From NCBI GenBank assembly GCA_964016885.1, contig OZ024744.1:24490001-24554000 (forward strand): 64,000 nucleotides of DNA. Direction: 5' to 3'. Both the position numbers and the translations under genes were made by a program. The DNA is from Eledone cirrhosa (taxonomy: Eukaryota). Below the pieces are notes generated by a model. It worked only from the letters and a program-made list of their open reading frames with translations, was not told the DNA's origin and did no database searches. Of the stretch, positions 13,901 to 28,900 are shown piece after piece. The stretch's first letter is position 1, and each line of letters begins with the position of its first letter.

Positions 13901-16900
13901 TGATAACACTCGTGTTAACAACAGTTGCATTTTAAGTTAAAACTGGTTTTAACAACAGTTGAATGTTAAGAACTGACTCGTTTTAACAACAGTTGAATCT
14001 TAAGAGAAAATTCGTTTTAACAACAGCTGAATCTTAAGAACTGACTCTTTTTAACAACAGTTGAATCTCATGATAAAACTCGTTTAACAGTTGCATTTTA
14101 AGAGAAAACTGGTTTTAACAACAGTTGAATCTTAAGAACTGACTCGTTTTAATAACACTTTAATCTTATGATAAAACTCGTTTTAACAAGAGTTGAATCT
14201 TAAGAACTGACTCGTTTTAACAACAGTTGAATTTTAATATAAAACTTGTTTTAACAACTTTTGAGTATTAAGATAAGACTCGTTATAACAACAGTTGATT
14301 CTTAAGAAATTACTCGTTTTTACAACAGTTGAATCTTAAGATAAAACTCGTTATAACAACAGTTGATTCTTAAGAAATTACTCCTTTTTACAACAGTTGA
14401 ATCTTAAGATAAATCTCGCTTTAAGAACAGTTTAATGTTAAGAACTGACTTGTTTTAACAACAGTTGAATCTTAAGAACTGATTCGTTTTAACAACAGTT
14501 GCATTTTAAGATAAAACTGGTTTTTTCAACAGTTGAATCTGAAGAACTGACTCGTTTTCACAACAGTTGAATCTGAAGAACTGACTCGTTTTAACAACAG
14601 TTGAATCTGAAGAACTGACTCGTTTTATCAACAGTTGAATCTGAAGATAAACTCGTTTTAACAACAGTTGAATCTTAAGAACTCACTCGTTTTAACAACA
14701 CTTGTATCTTATGATAAAACTGGTTTTAACAACAGTTGAAACTTATGATAAAACTCGTTTTAATAACAGTTGCATTTTAAGATAAAACTGGTTTTAACAA
14801 CAGTTGAATCTGAAGAACTGACTCGTTTGAACAACAGTTGAATCTTAAGAACTGACTCGTTTTAACAACAGTTGATTCTTAAAATAAAACTATTTTTAAC
14901 AACAGTTGAATCTTAAAATAAATCTGGTTTTAATAACAGTTGAATCTTAAGAACTGACTCGTTTTAAGAACACTTTATTCGCATGATAAAACTCGATATA
15001 ACAACAGTTGATTCTTAAGAAATTACTCGTTTTAACAATAGTTGAATCTTAAGATAAAACTCGTTTTAACAACAGTTGAATCTTTAGAACTGAATCGTTT
15101 TAATAACAGTTGAATCTTAAAATAAAACTCGTTTTAACAACAGTTGAATCTTAAGAACTGTCTCGTGTTAACAACAGTTGAATCTTAAGATAAAATCTGT
15201 TTTAACAACAGTTGAAAGTTAAGAACTGACTCGTTTTAACAACAGTTGAATCTTAAAATAAAAATGGTTATAACAACAGTTGAATCTTAAAAACTGACTC
15301 ATCTTAACAACAGTTGAATCTTAAGAACTGATTCGTGTTAACAACAGATGAATCTTTAGAACAGTCTCATTTTAATAACAGTTGAATCTTAAAATAAACT
15401 GGTTTTAACACCAGTTGAATGTTAAGAACTGACTCGTTTTAATAACACTTTAATCTTAAGATAAAACTCGTTTTAACACCAGTTGAATCTTAAGAACTTA
15501 CTCGTTTTAACAACAGTTGAATCTTAAGAGAAAATTCGTTTTAACAACAGCTAAATCTTAAGAACTGACTCGTTTTAACAACAGTTGAATCTTAAGAACT
15601 GACTTGTTTTAACAACAGTTGAATCTAAGAACTGACTCGTTTTAACAACAGTTACATTTTAAGATAAAACTGGTTCTTACAACAGTTGAATCTTAAGAAT
15701 TGACTCGTTTTAACAACAGTTGAATCTGAAGAACTGACTCGTTTTATCAACAGTTGAATCTGATGATAAAACTCGTTTTAACAACAGTTGAATCTCAAGA
15801 ACTGACTCGTTTTAACAAAACATGTAACTTATGATAAAACTCGTTTTAACAACAGTTGAGTCTTAAGAAATGACTCGTTTTAACAAGAGTTGAATCTTTA
15901 GAACTGAATCGTTTTAATAACACTTTAATCTTAAGATAAAACTCGTTTTAACAACAGTCGAAACGTATGATAAAACTCGTTTTAACAACAGTTGCATTTT
16001 AAGATAAAACTCGTTTTAACAACAGTTGAATCTTAAGAACTGACTCTTTTTAATAACACTTTAATCTTATGATAAAACTCGTTTTAACAACAGTTGAATC
16101 TTAAGAACTGACTCGTTATAACAACAGTTGAATTTTAAGATAAAACTCGTTTTAACAACAGTTGAATCTTAAGAAATGACTCGTTTTAACAACACATGTA
16201 ACTTATGATAAAAGTCGTTTTAACAACAGTTGAACCTTAAGAACTGACTCGTTTTTACGACAGTTGAATTTTAAGAGAAAATTCGTTTTAACAACAGTCG
16301 AATCTTAAGAACTGTCTGGTTTTAACAACAGTTGAATCTTATGATAAAACTCGATTTAACAACAGTTGCATTTTAAGATAAAACTAGTTTTAACAACAGT
16401 TGAATCTTAAGAACTGACTCGCTTTAACAACAGTTGAATCTGAAGAACTGACTCGTTTTAACAACAGTTGAATCTTAAGATAAAACTCGTTTTAACAACA
16501 GTTGAATCTTAAGAACTGACTCATTTTAACAACAGTTGAATCTTAAGAACTGATTCGTTTTAACAACGGTTGAATCTTAACTTAAAACTCGTCTTAACAA
16601 TAGTTGAATCTTAAGAACTGGCTCGTTTTTACAACACTTGTATCTTATGATAAAACTCGTTTTAAAAAGAGTTGAATCATAAGAACTGATTCGTTTTAAC
16701 AACAGTTGAGTCTGAAGAACTGACACGTTTTAACAACAGTTGAATCTGAAGAACTGACTCGTTTTATCAACTGTTGAATCTTAAGATAAAACTCGTTTTA
16801 ACAACTGTTGAATCTTAAGAACTGGCTCGTTTTTACAACACTTGTATCTTATGATAAAACTCGTTTTAACAACAGTTGATCCTTAAGAACTGACTCGTTT

Positions 16901-19900
16901 TAACAACAGTTGAATCTTAAAGTAAACTCGTTTTAACAACAGTCGAATCTTAAGAACTGTCTCGTTTTAACAACAGTTGAATCTGAAGAACTGACTCGTT
17001 TTAACAACAGTTGAATCTGAACATAAAACTCGTTTTAACAACAGTTGAATCTTAAGAACTGACTCGTTTTAACAACACTTGTGACTTATGATAAAACTCG
17101 TTTTACCAACAGTTGAATCTTATGATAAAACTCGTTTTAACAACAGTTGCATTTTAAGATCAAACAACAGTTGAATCTTAAGAACTGACTCGTTTTAACA
17201 ACAGTTGAATCTTAAGAGAAAATTCGTTTTAACAACAGCTAAATCTTAAGAACTGACTCGTTTTAACAACAGTTGAATCTTATGATAACACTCGTGTTAA
17301 CAACAGTTGCATTTTAAGTTAAAACTGGTTTTAACAACAGTTGAATCTTAAGAACTGACTCGTTTTAACAACAGTTGAATCTTAAGATAAAACTCGTTTT
17401 AACAACAGTTGAATATTAAGATAAGACTCTTATAACAACAGTTGATTCTTAAGAAATTACTCGTTTTTACAACAGTTGAATCTTAAGAACTGATTCGTTT
17501 CAACAACAGTTGAATCTTAAGAACTGACTTGTTTTAACAACAGTTGAATCTAAGAACTGACTCGTTTTAACAACAGTTGCATTTTAAGATAAAACTGGTT
17601 CTTACAACAGTTGAATCTGAAGAACTGACTCGTTTTCACAACAGTTGAATCATAAGAACTGATTCGTTTTAACAACAGTTGAATCTGAAGAACTGACTCG
17701 TTTTAACAACAGTTGAATCTGAAGAACTGACTCGTTTTATCAACTGTTGAATCTTAAGATAAAACTCGTTTAACAACTGTTGAATCTTAAGAACTGGCTC
17801 GTTTTTACAACACTTGTATCTTATGATAAAACTCGTTTTAACAACAGTTGATCCTTAAGAACTGACTCGTTTTAACAATAGTTGAATCTTAAAGTAAAAC
17901 TCGTTTTAACAACAGTCGAATCTTAAGAACTGTCTCGTTTTAATAACAGTTGAATCTGAAGAACTGACTCGTTTTAACAACAGTTGAATCTGAACATAAA
18001 AATCGTTTTAACAACAGTTGAATTTTAAGAACTGACTAGTTTTAACAACACTTGTAACTTATGATAAAAGTCGTTTTACCTACAGTTGAATCTTATGATA
18101 AAACTCGTTTTAACAACAGTTGCATTTTAAGTTCAAACTGGTTTTAACAACAGTTGAATCTTTAGAACAGTCTCGTTTTAATAACAGTTGAATCTTAAAA
18201 TAAACTGGTTTTAACACCAGTTGAATCTTAAGAACTGACTCGTTTTAATAACACTTTAATCTTATGATAAAACTCGTTTTAACACCAGTTGAATCTTAAG
18301 AACTTACTCGTTTTAACAACAGTTGAATCTTAAGAGAAAATTCGTTTTAACAACAGCTAAATCTTAAGAACTGACTCGTTTTAACAACAGTTGAATCTTA
18401 TGATAACACTCGTGTTAACAACAGTTGCATTTTAAGTTAAAACTGGTTTTAACAACAGTTGAATGTTAAGAACTGACTCGTTTTAACAACAGTTGAATCT
18501 TAAGAGAAAATTCGTTTTAACAACAGCTGAATCTTAAGAACTGACTCTTTTTAACAACAGTTGAATCTCATGATAAAACTCGTTTAACAGTTGCATTTTA
18601 AGAGAAAACTGGTTTTAACAACAGTTGAATCTTAAGAACTGACTCGTTTTAATAACACTTTAATCTTATGATAAAACTCGTTTTAACAAGAGTTGAATCT
18701 TAAGAACTGACTCGTTTTAACAACAGTTGAATTTTAATATAAAACTTGTTTTAACAACTTTTGAGTATTAAGATAAGACTCGTTATAACAACAGTTGATT
18801 CTTAAGAAATTACTCGTTTTTACAACAGTTGAATCTTAAGATAAAACTCGTTATAACAACAGTTGATTCTTAAGAAATTACTCCTTTTTACAACAGTTGA
18901 ATCTTAAGATAAATCTCGCTTTAAGAACAGTTTAATGTTAAGAACTGACTTGTTTTAACAACAGTTGAATCTTAAGAACTGATTCGTTTTAACAACAGTT
19001 GCATTTTAAGATAAAACTGGTTTTTTCAACAGTTGAATCTGAAGAACTGACTCGTTTTCACAACAGTTGAATCTGAAGAACTGACTCGTTTTAACAACAG
19101 TTGAATCTGAAGAACTGACTCGTTTTATCAACAGTTGAATCTGAAGATAAACTCGTTTTAACAACAGTTGAATCTTAAGAACTCACTCGTTTTAACAACA
19201 CTTGTATCTTATGATAAAACTGGTTTTAACAACAGTTGAAACTTATGATAAAACTCGTTTTAATAACAGTTGCATTTTAAGATAAAACTGGTTTTAACAA
19301 CAGTTGAATCTGAAGAACTGACTCGTTTGAACAACAGTTGAATCTTAAGAACTGACTCGTTTTAACAACAGTTGATTCTTAAAATAAAACTATTTTTAAC
19401 AACAGTTGAATCTTAAAATAAATCTGGTTTTAATAACAGTTGAATCTTAAGAACTGACTCGTTTTAAGAACACTTTATTCGCATGATAAAACTCGATATA
19501 ACAACAGTTGATTCTTAAGAAATTACTCGTTTTAACAATAGTTGAATCTTAAGATAAAACTCGTTTTAAAAACAGTTGAATCTTTAGAACTGAATCGTTT
19601 TAATAACAGTTGAATCTTAAAATAAAACTCGTTTTAACAACAGTTGAATCTTAAGAACTGTCTCGTGTTAACAACAGTTGAATCTTAAGATAAAATCTGT
19701 TTTAACAACAGTTGAAAGTTAAGAACTGACTCGTTTTAACAACAGTTGAATCTTAAAATAAAAATGGTTATAACAACAGTTGAATCTTAAGAACTGACTC
19801 ATCTTAACAACAGTTGAATCTTAAGAACTGATTCGTGTTAACAACAGATGAATCTTTAGAACAGTCTCATTTTAATAACAGTTGAATCTTAAAATAAACT

Positions 19901-22900
19901 GGTTTTAACACCAGTTGAATGTTAAGAACTGACTCGTTTTAATAACACTTTAATCTTATGATAAAACTCGTTTTAACACCAGTTGAATCTTAAGAACTTA
20001 CTCGTTTTAACAACAGTTGAATCTTAAGAGAAAATTCGTTTTAACAACAGCTAAATCTTAAGAACTGACTCGTTTTAACAACAGTTGAATCTTAAGAACT
20101 GACTTGTTTTAACAACAGTTGAATCTAAGAACTGACTCGTTTTAACAACAGTTACATTTTAAGATAAAACTGGTTCTTACAACAGTTGAATCTTAAGAAT
20201 TGACTCGTTTTAACAACAGTTGAATCTGAAGAACTGACTCGTTTTATCAACAGTTGAATCTGATGATAAAACTCGTTTTAACAACAGTTGAATCTCAAGA
20301 ACTGACTCGTTTTAACAAAACATGTAACTTATGATAAAACTCGTTTTAACAACAGTTGAGTCTTAAGAAATGACTCGTTTTAACAAGAGTTGAATCTTTA
20401 GAACTGAATCGTTTTAATAACACTTTAATCTTAAGATAAAACTCGTTTTAACAACAGTCGAAACGTATGATAAAACTCGTTTTAACAACAGTTGCATTTT
20501 AAGATAAAACTCGTTTTAACAACAGTTGAATCTTAAGAACTGACTCGTTAGAACAACAGTTGAATTTTAAGATAAAACTCGTTTTAACAACAGTTGAATC
20601 TTAAGAAATGACTCGTTTTAACAACACATGTAACTTATGATAAAAGTCGTTTTAACAACAGTTGAACCTTAAGAACTGACTCGTTTTTACGACAGTTGAA
20701 TTTTAAGAGAAAATTCGTTTTAACAACAGTCGAATTTTAAGAACTGTCTGGTTTTAACAACAGTTGAATCTTATGATAAAACTCGATTTAACAACAGTTG
20801 CATTTTAAGATAAAACTAGTTTTAACAACAGTTGAATCTTAAGAACTGACTCGCTTTAACAACAGTTGAATCTGAAGAACTGACTCGTTTTAACAACAGT
20901 TGAATCTTAAGATAAAACTCGTTTTAACAACAGTTGAATCTTAAAAACTGACTCATTTTAACAACAGTTGAATCTTAAGAACTGATTCGTTTTAACAACG
21001 GTTGAATCTTAACTTAAAACTCGTCTTAACAATAGTTGAATCTTAAGAACTGGCTCGTTTTTACAACACTTGTATCTTATGATAAAACTCGTTTTAAAAA
21101 GAGTTGAATCATAAGAACTGATTCGTTTTAACAACAGTTGAGTCTGAAGAACTGACACGTTTTAACAACAGTTGAATCTGAAGAACTGACTCGTTTGAAC
21201 AACAGTTGAATCTTAAGAACTGACTCGTTTTAACAACAGTTGATTCTTAAAATAAAACTATTTTTAACAACAGTTGAATCTTAAAATAAATCTGGTTTTA
21301 ATAACAGTTGAATCTTAAGAACTGACTCGTTTTAAGAACACTTTATTCGCATGATAAAACTCGATATAACAACAGTTGATTCTTAAGAAATTACTCGTTT
21401 TAACAATAGTTGAATCTTAAGATAAAACTCGTTTTAACAACAGTTGAATCTTTAGAACTGAATCGTTTTAATAACAGTTGAATCTTAAAATAAAACTCGT
21501 TTTAACAACAGTTGAATCTTAAGAACTGTCTCGTGTTAACAACAGTTGAATCTTAAGATAAAATCTGTTTTAACAACAGTTGAAAGTTAAGAACTGACTC
21601 GTTTTAACAACAGTTGAATCTTAAAATAAAAATGGTTATAACAACAGTTGAATCTTAAAAACTGACTCATCTTAACAACAGTTGAATCTTAAGAACTGAT
21701 TCGTGTTAACAACAGATGAATCTTTAGAACAGTCTCATTTTAATAACAGTTGAATCTTAAAATAAACTGGTTTTAACACCAGTTGAATGTTAAGAACTGA
21801 CTCGTTTTAATAACACTTTAATCTTATGATAAAACTCGTTTTAACACCAGTTGAATCTTAAGAACTTACTCGTTTTAACAACAGTTGAATCTTAAGAGAA
21901 AATTCGTTTTAACAACAGCTAAATCTTAAGAACTGACTCGTTTTAACAACAGTTGAATCTTAAGAACTGACTTGTTTTAACAACAGTTGAATCTAAGAAC
22001 TGACTCGTTTTAACAACAGTTACATTTTAAGATAAAACTGGTTCTTACAACAGTTGAATCTTAAGAATTGACTCGTTTTAACAACAGTTGAATCTGAAGA
22101 ACTGACTCGTTTTATCAACAGTTGAATCTGATGATAAAACTCGTTTTAACAACAGTTGAATCTCAAGAACTGACTCGTTTTAACAAAACATGTAACTTAT
22201 GATAAAACTCGTTTTAACAACAGTTGAGTCTTAAGAAATGACTCGTTTTAACAAGAGTTGAATCTTTAGAACTGAATCGTTTTAATAACACTTTAATCTT
22301 AAGATAAAACTCGTTTTAACAACAGTCGAAACGTATGATAAAACTCGTTTTAACAACAGTTGCATTTTAAGATAAAACTCGTTTTAACAACAGTTGAATC
22401 TTAAGAACTGACTCTTTTTAATAACACTTTAATCTTATGATAAAACTCGTTTTAACAACAGTTGAATCTTAAGAACTGACTCGTTATAACAACAGTTGAA
22501 TTTTAAGATAAAACTCGTTTTAACAACAGTTGAATCTTAAGAAATGACTCGTTTTAACAACACATGTAACTTATGATAAAAGTCGTTTTAACAACAGTTG
22601 AACCTTAAGAACTGACTCGTTTTTACGACAGTTGAATTTTAAGAGAAAATTCGTTTTAACAACAGTCGAATCTTAAGAACTGTCTGGTTTTAACAACAGT
22701 TGAATCTTATGATAAAACTCGATTTAACAACAGTTGCATTTTAAGATAAAACTAGTTTTAACAACAGTTGAATCTTAAGAACTGACTCGCTTTAACAACA
22801 GTTGAATCTGAAGAACTGACTCGTTTTAACAACAGTTGAATCTTAAGATAAAACTCGTTTTAACAACAGTTGAATCTTAAGAACTGACTCATTTTAACAA

Positions 22901-25900
22901 CAGTTGAATCTTAAGAACTGATTCGTTTTAACAACGGTTGAATCTTAACTTAAAACTCGTCTTAACAATAGTTGAATCTTAAGAACTGGCTCGTTTTTAC
23001 AACACTTGTATCTTATGATAAAACTCGTTTTAAAAAGAGTTGAATCATAAGAACTGATTCGTTTTAACAACAGTTGAGTCTGAAGAACTGACACGTTTTA
23101 ACAACAGTTGAATCTGAAGAACTGACTCGTTTTATCAACTGTTGAATCTTAAGATAAAACTCGTTTTAACAACTGTTGAATCTTAAGAACTGGCTCGTTT
23201 TTACAACACTTGTATCTTATGATAAAACTCGTTTTAACAACAGTTGATCCTTAAGAACTGACTCGTTTTAACAACAGTTGAATCTTAAAGTAAACTCGTT
23301 TTAACAACAGTCGAATCTTAAGAACTGTCTCGTTTTAACAACAGTTGAATCTTAAGAACTGACTCGTTTTAACAACACTTGTGACTTATGATAAAACTCG
23401 TTTTACCAACAGTTGAATCTTATGATAAAACTCGTTTTAACAACAGTTGCATTTTAAGATCAAACAACAGTTGAATCTTAAGAACTGACTCGTTTTAACA
23501 ACAGTTGAATCTTAAGAGAAAATTCGTTTTAACAACAGCTAAATCTTAAGAACTGACTCGTTTTAACAACAGTTGAATCTTATGATAACACTCGTGTTAA
23601 CAACAGTTGCATTTTAAGTTAAAACTGGTTTTAACAACAGTTGAATCTTAAGAACTGACTCGTTTTAACAACAGTTGAATCTTAAGATAAAACTCGTTTT
23701 AACAACAGTTGAATATTAAGATAAGACTCTTATAACAACAGTTGATTCTTAAGAAATTACTCGTTTTTACAACAGTTGAATCTTAAGAACTGATTCGTTT
23801 CAACAACAGTTGAATCTTAAGAACTGACTTGTTTTAACAACAGTTGAATCTAAGAACTGACTCGTTTTAACAACAGTTGCATTTTAAGATAAAACTGGTT
23901 CTTACAACAGTTGAATCTGAAGAACTGACTCGTTTTCACAACAGTTGAATCATAAGAACTGATTCGTTTTAACAACAGTTGAATCTGAAGAACTGACTCG
24001 TTTTAACAACAGTTGAATCTGAAGAACTGACTCGTTTTATCAACTGTTGAATCTTAAGATAAAACTCGTTTAACAACTGTTGAATCTTAAGAACTGGCTC
24101 GTTTTTACAACACTTGTATCTTATGATAAAACTCGTTTTAACAACAGTTGATCCTTAAGAACTGACTCGTTTTAACAATAGTTGAATCTTAAAGTAAAAC
24201 TCGTTTTAACAACAGTCGAATCTTAAGAACTGTCTCGTTTTAATAACAGTTGAATCTGAAGAACTGACTCGTTTTAACAACAGTTGAATCTGAACATAAA
24301 AATCGTTTTAACAACAGTTGAATTTTAAGAACTGACTAGTTTTAACAACACTTGTAACTTATGATAAAAGTCGTTTTACCTACAGTTGAATCTTATGATA
24401 AAACTCGTTTTAACAACAGTTGCATTTTAAGTTCAAACTGGTTTTAACAACAGTTGAATCTTTAGAACAGTCTCGTTTTAATAACAGTTGAATCTTAAAA
24501 TAAACTGGTTTTAACACCAGTTGAATCTTAAGAACTGACTCGTTTTAATAACACTTTAATCTTATGATAAAACTCGTTTTAACACCAGTTGAATCTTAAG
24601 AACTTACTCGTTTTAACAACAGTTGAATCTTAAGAGAAAATTCGTTTTAACAACAGCTAAATCTTAAGAACTGACTCGTTTTAACAACAGTTGAATCTTA
24701 TGATAACACTCGTGTTAACAACAGTTGCATTTTAAGTTAAAACTGGTTTTAACAACAGTTGAATGTTAAGAACTGACTCGTTTTAACAACAGTTGAATCT
24801 TAAGAGAAAATTCGTTTTAACAACAGCTGAATCTTAAGAACTGACTCTTTTTAACAACAGTTGAATCTCATGATAAAACTCGTTTAACAGTTGCATTTTA
24901 AGAGAAAACTGGTTTTAACAACAGTTGAATCTTAAGAACTGACTCGTTTTAATAACACTTTAATCTTATGATAAAACTCGTTTTAACAAGAGTTGAATCT
25001 TAAGAACTGACTCGTTTTAACAACAGTTGAATTTTAATATAAAACTTGTTTTAACAACTTTTGAGTATTAAGATAAGACTCGTTATAACAACAGTTGATT
25101 CTTAAGAAATTACTCGTTTTTACAACAGTTGAATCTTAAGATAAAACTCGTTATAACAACAGTTGATTCTTAAGAAATTACTCCTTTTTACAACAGTTGA
25201 ATCTTAAGATAAATCTCGCTTTAAGAACAGTTTAATGTTAAGAACTGACTTGTTTTAACAACAGTTGAATCTTAAGAACTGATTCGTTTTAACAACAGTT
25301 GCATTTTAAGATAAAACTGGTTTTTTCAACAGTTGAATCTGAAGAACTGACTCGTTTTCACAACAGTTGAATCTGAAGAACTGACTCGTTTTAACAACAG
25401 TTGAATCTGAAGAACTGACTCGTTTTATCAACAGTTGAATCTGAAGATAAACTCGTTTTAACAACAGTTGAATCTTAAGAACTCACTCGTTTTAACAACA
25501 CTTGTATCTTATGATAAAACTGGTTTTAACAACAGTTGAAACTTATGATAAAACTCGTTTTAATAACAGTTGCATTTTAAGATAAAACTGGTTTTAACAA
25601 CAGTTGAATCTGAAGAACTGACTCGTTTGAACAACAGTTGAATCTTAAGAACTGACTCGTTTTAACAACAGTTGATTCTTAAAATAAAACTATTTTTAAC
25701 AACAGTTGAATCTTAAAATAAATCTGGTTTTAATAACAGTTGAATCTTAAGAACTGACTCGTTTTAAGAACACTTTATTCGCATGATAAAACTCGATATA
25801 ACAACAGTTGATTCTTAAGAAATTACTCGTTTTAACAATAGTTGAATCTTAAGATAAAACTCGTTTTAAAAACAGTTGAATCTTTAGAACTGAATCGTTT

Positions 25901-28900
25901 TAATAACAGTTGAATCTTAAAATAAAACTCGTTTTAACAACAGTTGAATCTTAAGAACTGTCTCGTGTTAACAACAGTTGAATCTTAAGATAAAATCTGT
26001 TTTAACAACAGTTGAAAGTTAAGAACTGACTCGTTTTAACAACAGTTGAATCTTAAAATAAAAATGGTTATAACAACAGTTGAATCTTAAGAACTGACTC
26101 ATCTTAACAACAGTTGAATCTTAAGAACTGATTCGTGTTAACAACAGATGAATCTTTAGAACAGTCTCATTTTAATAACAGTTGAATCTTAAAATAAACT
26201 GGTTTTAACACCAGTTGAATGTTAAGAACTGACTCGTTTTAATAACACTTTAATCTTATGATAAAACTCGTTTTAACACCAGTTGAATCTTAAGAACTTA
26301 CTCGTTTTAACAACAGTTGAATCTTAAGAGAAAATTCGTTTTAACAACAGCTAAATCTTAAGAACTGACTCGTTTTAACAACAGTTGAATCTTAAGAACT
26401 GACTTGTTTTAACAACAGTTGAATCTAAGAACTGACTCGTTTTAACAACAGTTACATTTTAAGATAAAACTGGTTCTTACAACAGTTGAATCTTAAGAAT
26501 TGACTCGTTTTAACAACAGTTGAATCTGAAGAACTGACTCGTTTTATCAACAGTTGAATCTGATGATAAAACTCGTTTTAACAACAGTTGAATCTCAAGA
26601 ACTGACTCGTTTTAACAAAACATGTAACTTGTGATAAAACTCGTTTTAACAACAGTTGAGTCTTAAGAAATGACTCGTTTTAACAAGAGTTGAATCTTTA
26701 GAACTGAATCGTTTTAATAACACTTTAATCTTAAGATAAAACTCGTTTTAACAACAGTCGAAACGTATGATAAAACTCGTTTTAACAACAGTTGCATTTT
26801 AAGATAAAACTCGTTTTAACAACAGTTGAATCTTAAGAACTGACTCGTTAGAACAACAGTTGAATTTTAAGATAAAACTCGTTTTAACAACAGTTGAATC
26901 TTAAGAAATGACTCGTTTTAACAACACATGTAACTTATGATAAAAGTCGTTTTAACAACAGTTGAACCTTAAGAACTGACTCGTTTTTACGACAGTTGAA
27001 TTTTAAGAGAAAATTCGTTTTAACAACAGTCGAATTTTAAGAACTGTCTGGTTTTAACAACAGTTGAATCTTATGATAAAACTCGATTTAACAACAGTTG
27101 CATTTTAAGATAAAACTAGTTTTAACAACAGTTGAATCTTAAGAACTGACTCGCTTTAACAACAGTTGAATCTGAAGAACTGACTCGTTTTAACAACAGT
27201 TGAATCTTAAGATAAAACTCGTTTTAACAACAGTTGAATCTTAAAAACTGACTCATTTTAACAACAGTTGAATCTTAAGAACTGATTCGTTTTAACAACG
27301 GTTGAATCTTAACTTAAAACTCGTCTTAACAATAGTTGAATCTTAAGAACTGGCTCGTTTTTACAACACTTGTATCTTATGATAAAACTCGTTTTAAAAA
27401 GAGTTGAATCATAAGAACTGATTCGTTTTAACAACAGTTGAGTCTGAAGAACTGACACGTTTTAACAACAGTTGAATCTGAAGAACTGACTCGTTTTATC
27501 AACTGTTGAATCTTAAGATAAAACTCGTTTTAACAACTGTTGAATCTTAAGAACTGGCTCGTTTTTACAACACTTGTATCTTATCATAAAACTCGTTTTA
27601 ACAACAGTTGATCCTTAAGAACTGACTCGTTTTAACAACAGTTGAATCTTAAAGTAAACTCGTTTTAACAACAGTCGAATCTTAAGAACTGTCTCGTTTT
27701 AACAACAGTTGAATCTGAAGAACTGACTCGTTTTAACAACAGTTGAATCTGAACATAAAACTCGTTTTAACAACAGTTGAATCTTAAGAACTGACTCGTT
27801 TTAACAACACTTGTGACTTATGATAAAACTCGTTTTACCAACAGTTGAATCTTATGATAAAACTCGTTTTAACAACAGTTGCATTTTAAGATCAAACAAC
27901 AGTTGAATCTTAAGAACTGACTCGTTTTAACAACAGTTGAATCTTAAGAGAAAATTCGTTTTAACAACAGCTAAATCTTAAGAACTGACTCGTTTTAACA
28001 ACAGTTGAATCTTATGATAACACTCGTTTTAACAACAGTTGCATTTTAAGTTAAAACTGGTTTTAACAACAGTTGAATCTTAAGAACTGACTCGTTTTAA
28101 CAACAGTTGAATCTTAAGATAAAACTCGTTTTAACAACAGTTGAATATTAAGATAAGACTCTTATAACAACAGTTGATTCTTAAGAAATTACTCGTTTTT
28201 ACAACAGTTGAATCTTAAGAACTGATTCGTTTCAACAACAGTTGAATCTTAAGAACTGACTCGTTTTAACAACAGTTGCATTTTAAGATAAAACTGGTTC
28301 TTACAACAGTTGAATCTGAAGAACTGACTCGTTTTCACAACAGTTGAATCATAAGAACTGATTCGTTTTAACAACAGTTGAATCTGAAGAACTGACTCGT
28401 TTTAACAACAGTTGAATCTGAAGAACTGACTCGTTTTATCAACTGTTGAATCTTAAGATAAAACTCGTTTAACAACTGTTGAATCTTAAGAACTGGCTCG
28501 TTTTTACAACACTTGTATATAATGATAAAACTCGTTTTAACAACAGTTGATCCTTAAGAACTGACTCGTTTTAACAATAGTTGAATCTTAAAGTAAAACT
28601 CGTTTTAACAACAGTCGAATCTTAAGAACTGTCTCGTTTTAATAACAGTTGAATCTGAAGAACTGACTCGTTTTAACAACAGTTGAATCTGAACATAAAA
28701 ATCGTTTTAACAACAGTTGAATTTTAAGAACTGACTAGTTTTAACAACACTTGTAACTTATGATAAAAGTCGTTTTACCTACAGTTGAATCTTATGATAA
28801 AACTCGTTTTAACAACAGTTGCATTTTAAGTTCAAACTGGTTTTAACAACAGTTGAATCTTTAGAACAGTCTCGTTTTAATAACAGTTGAATCTTAAAAT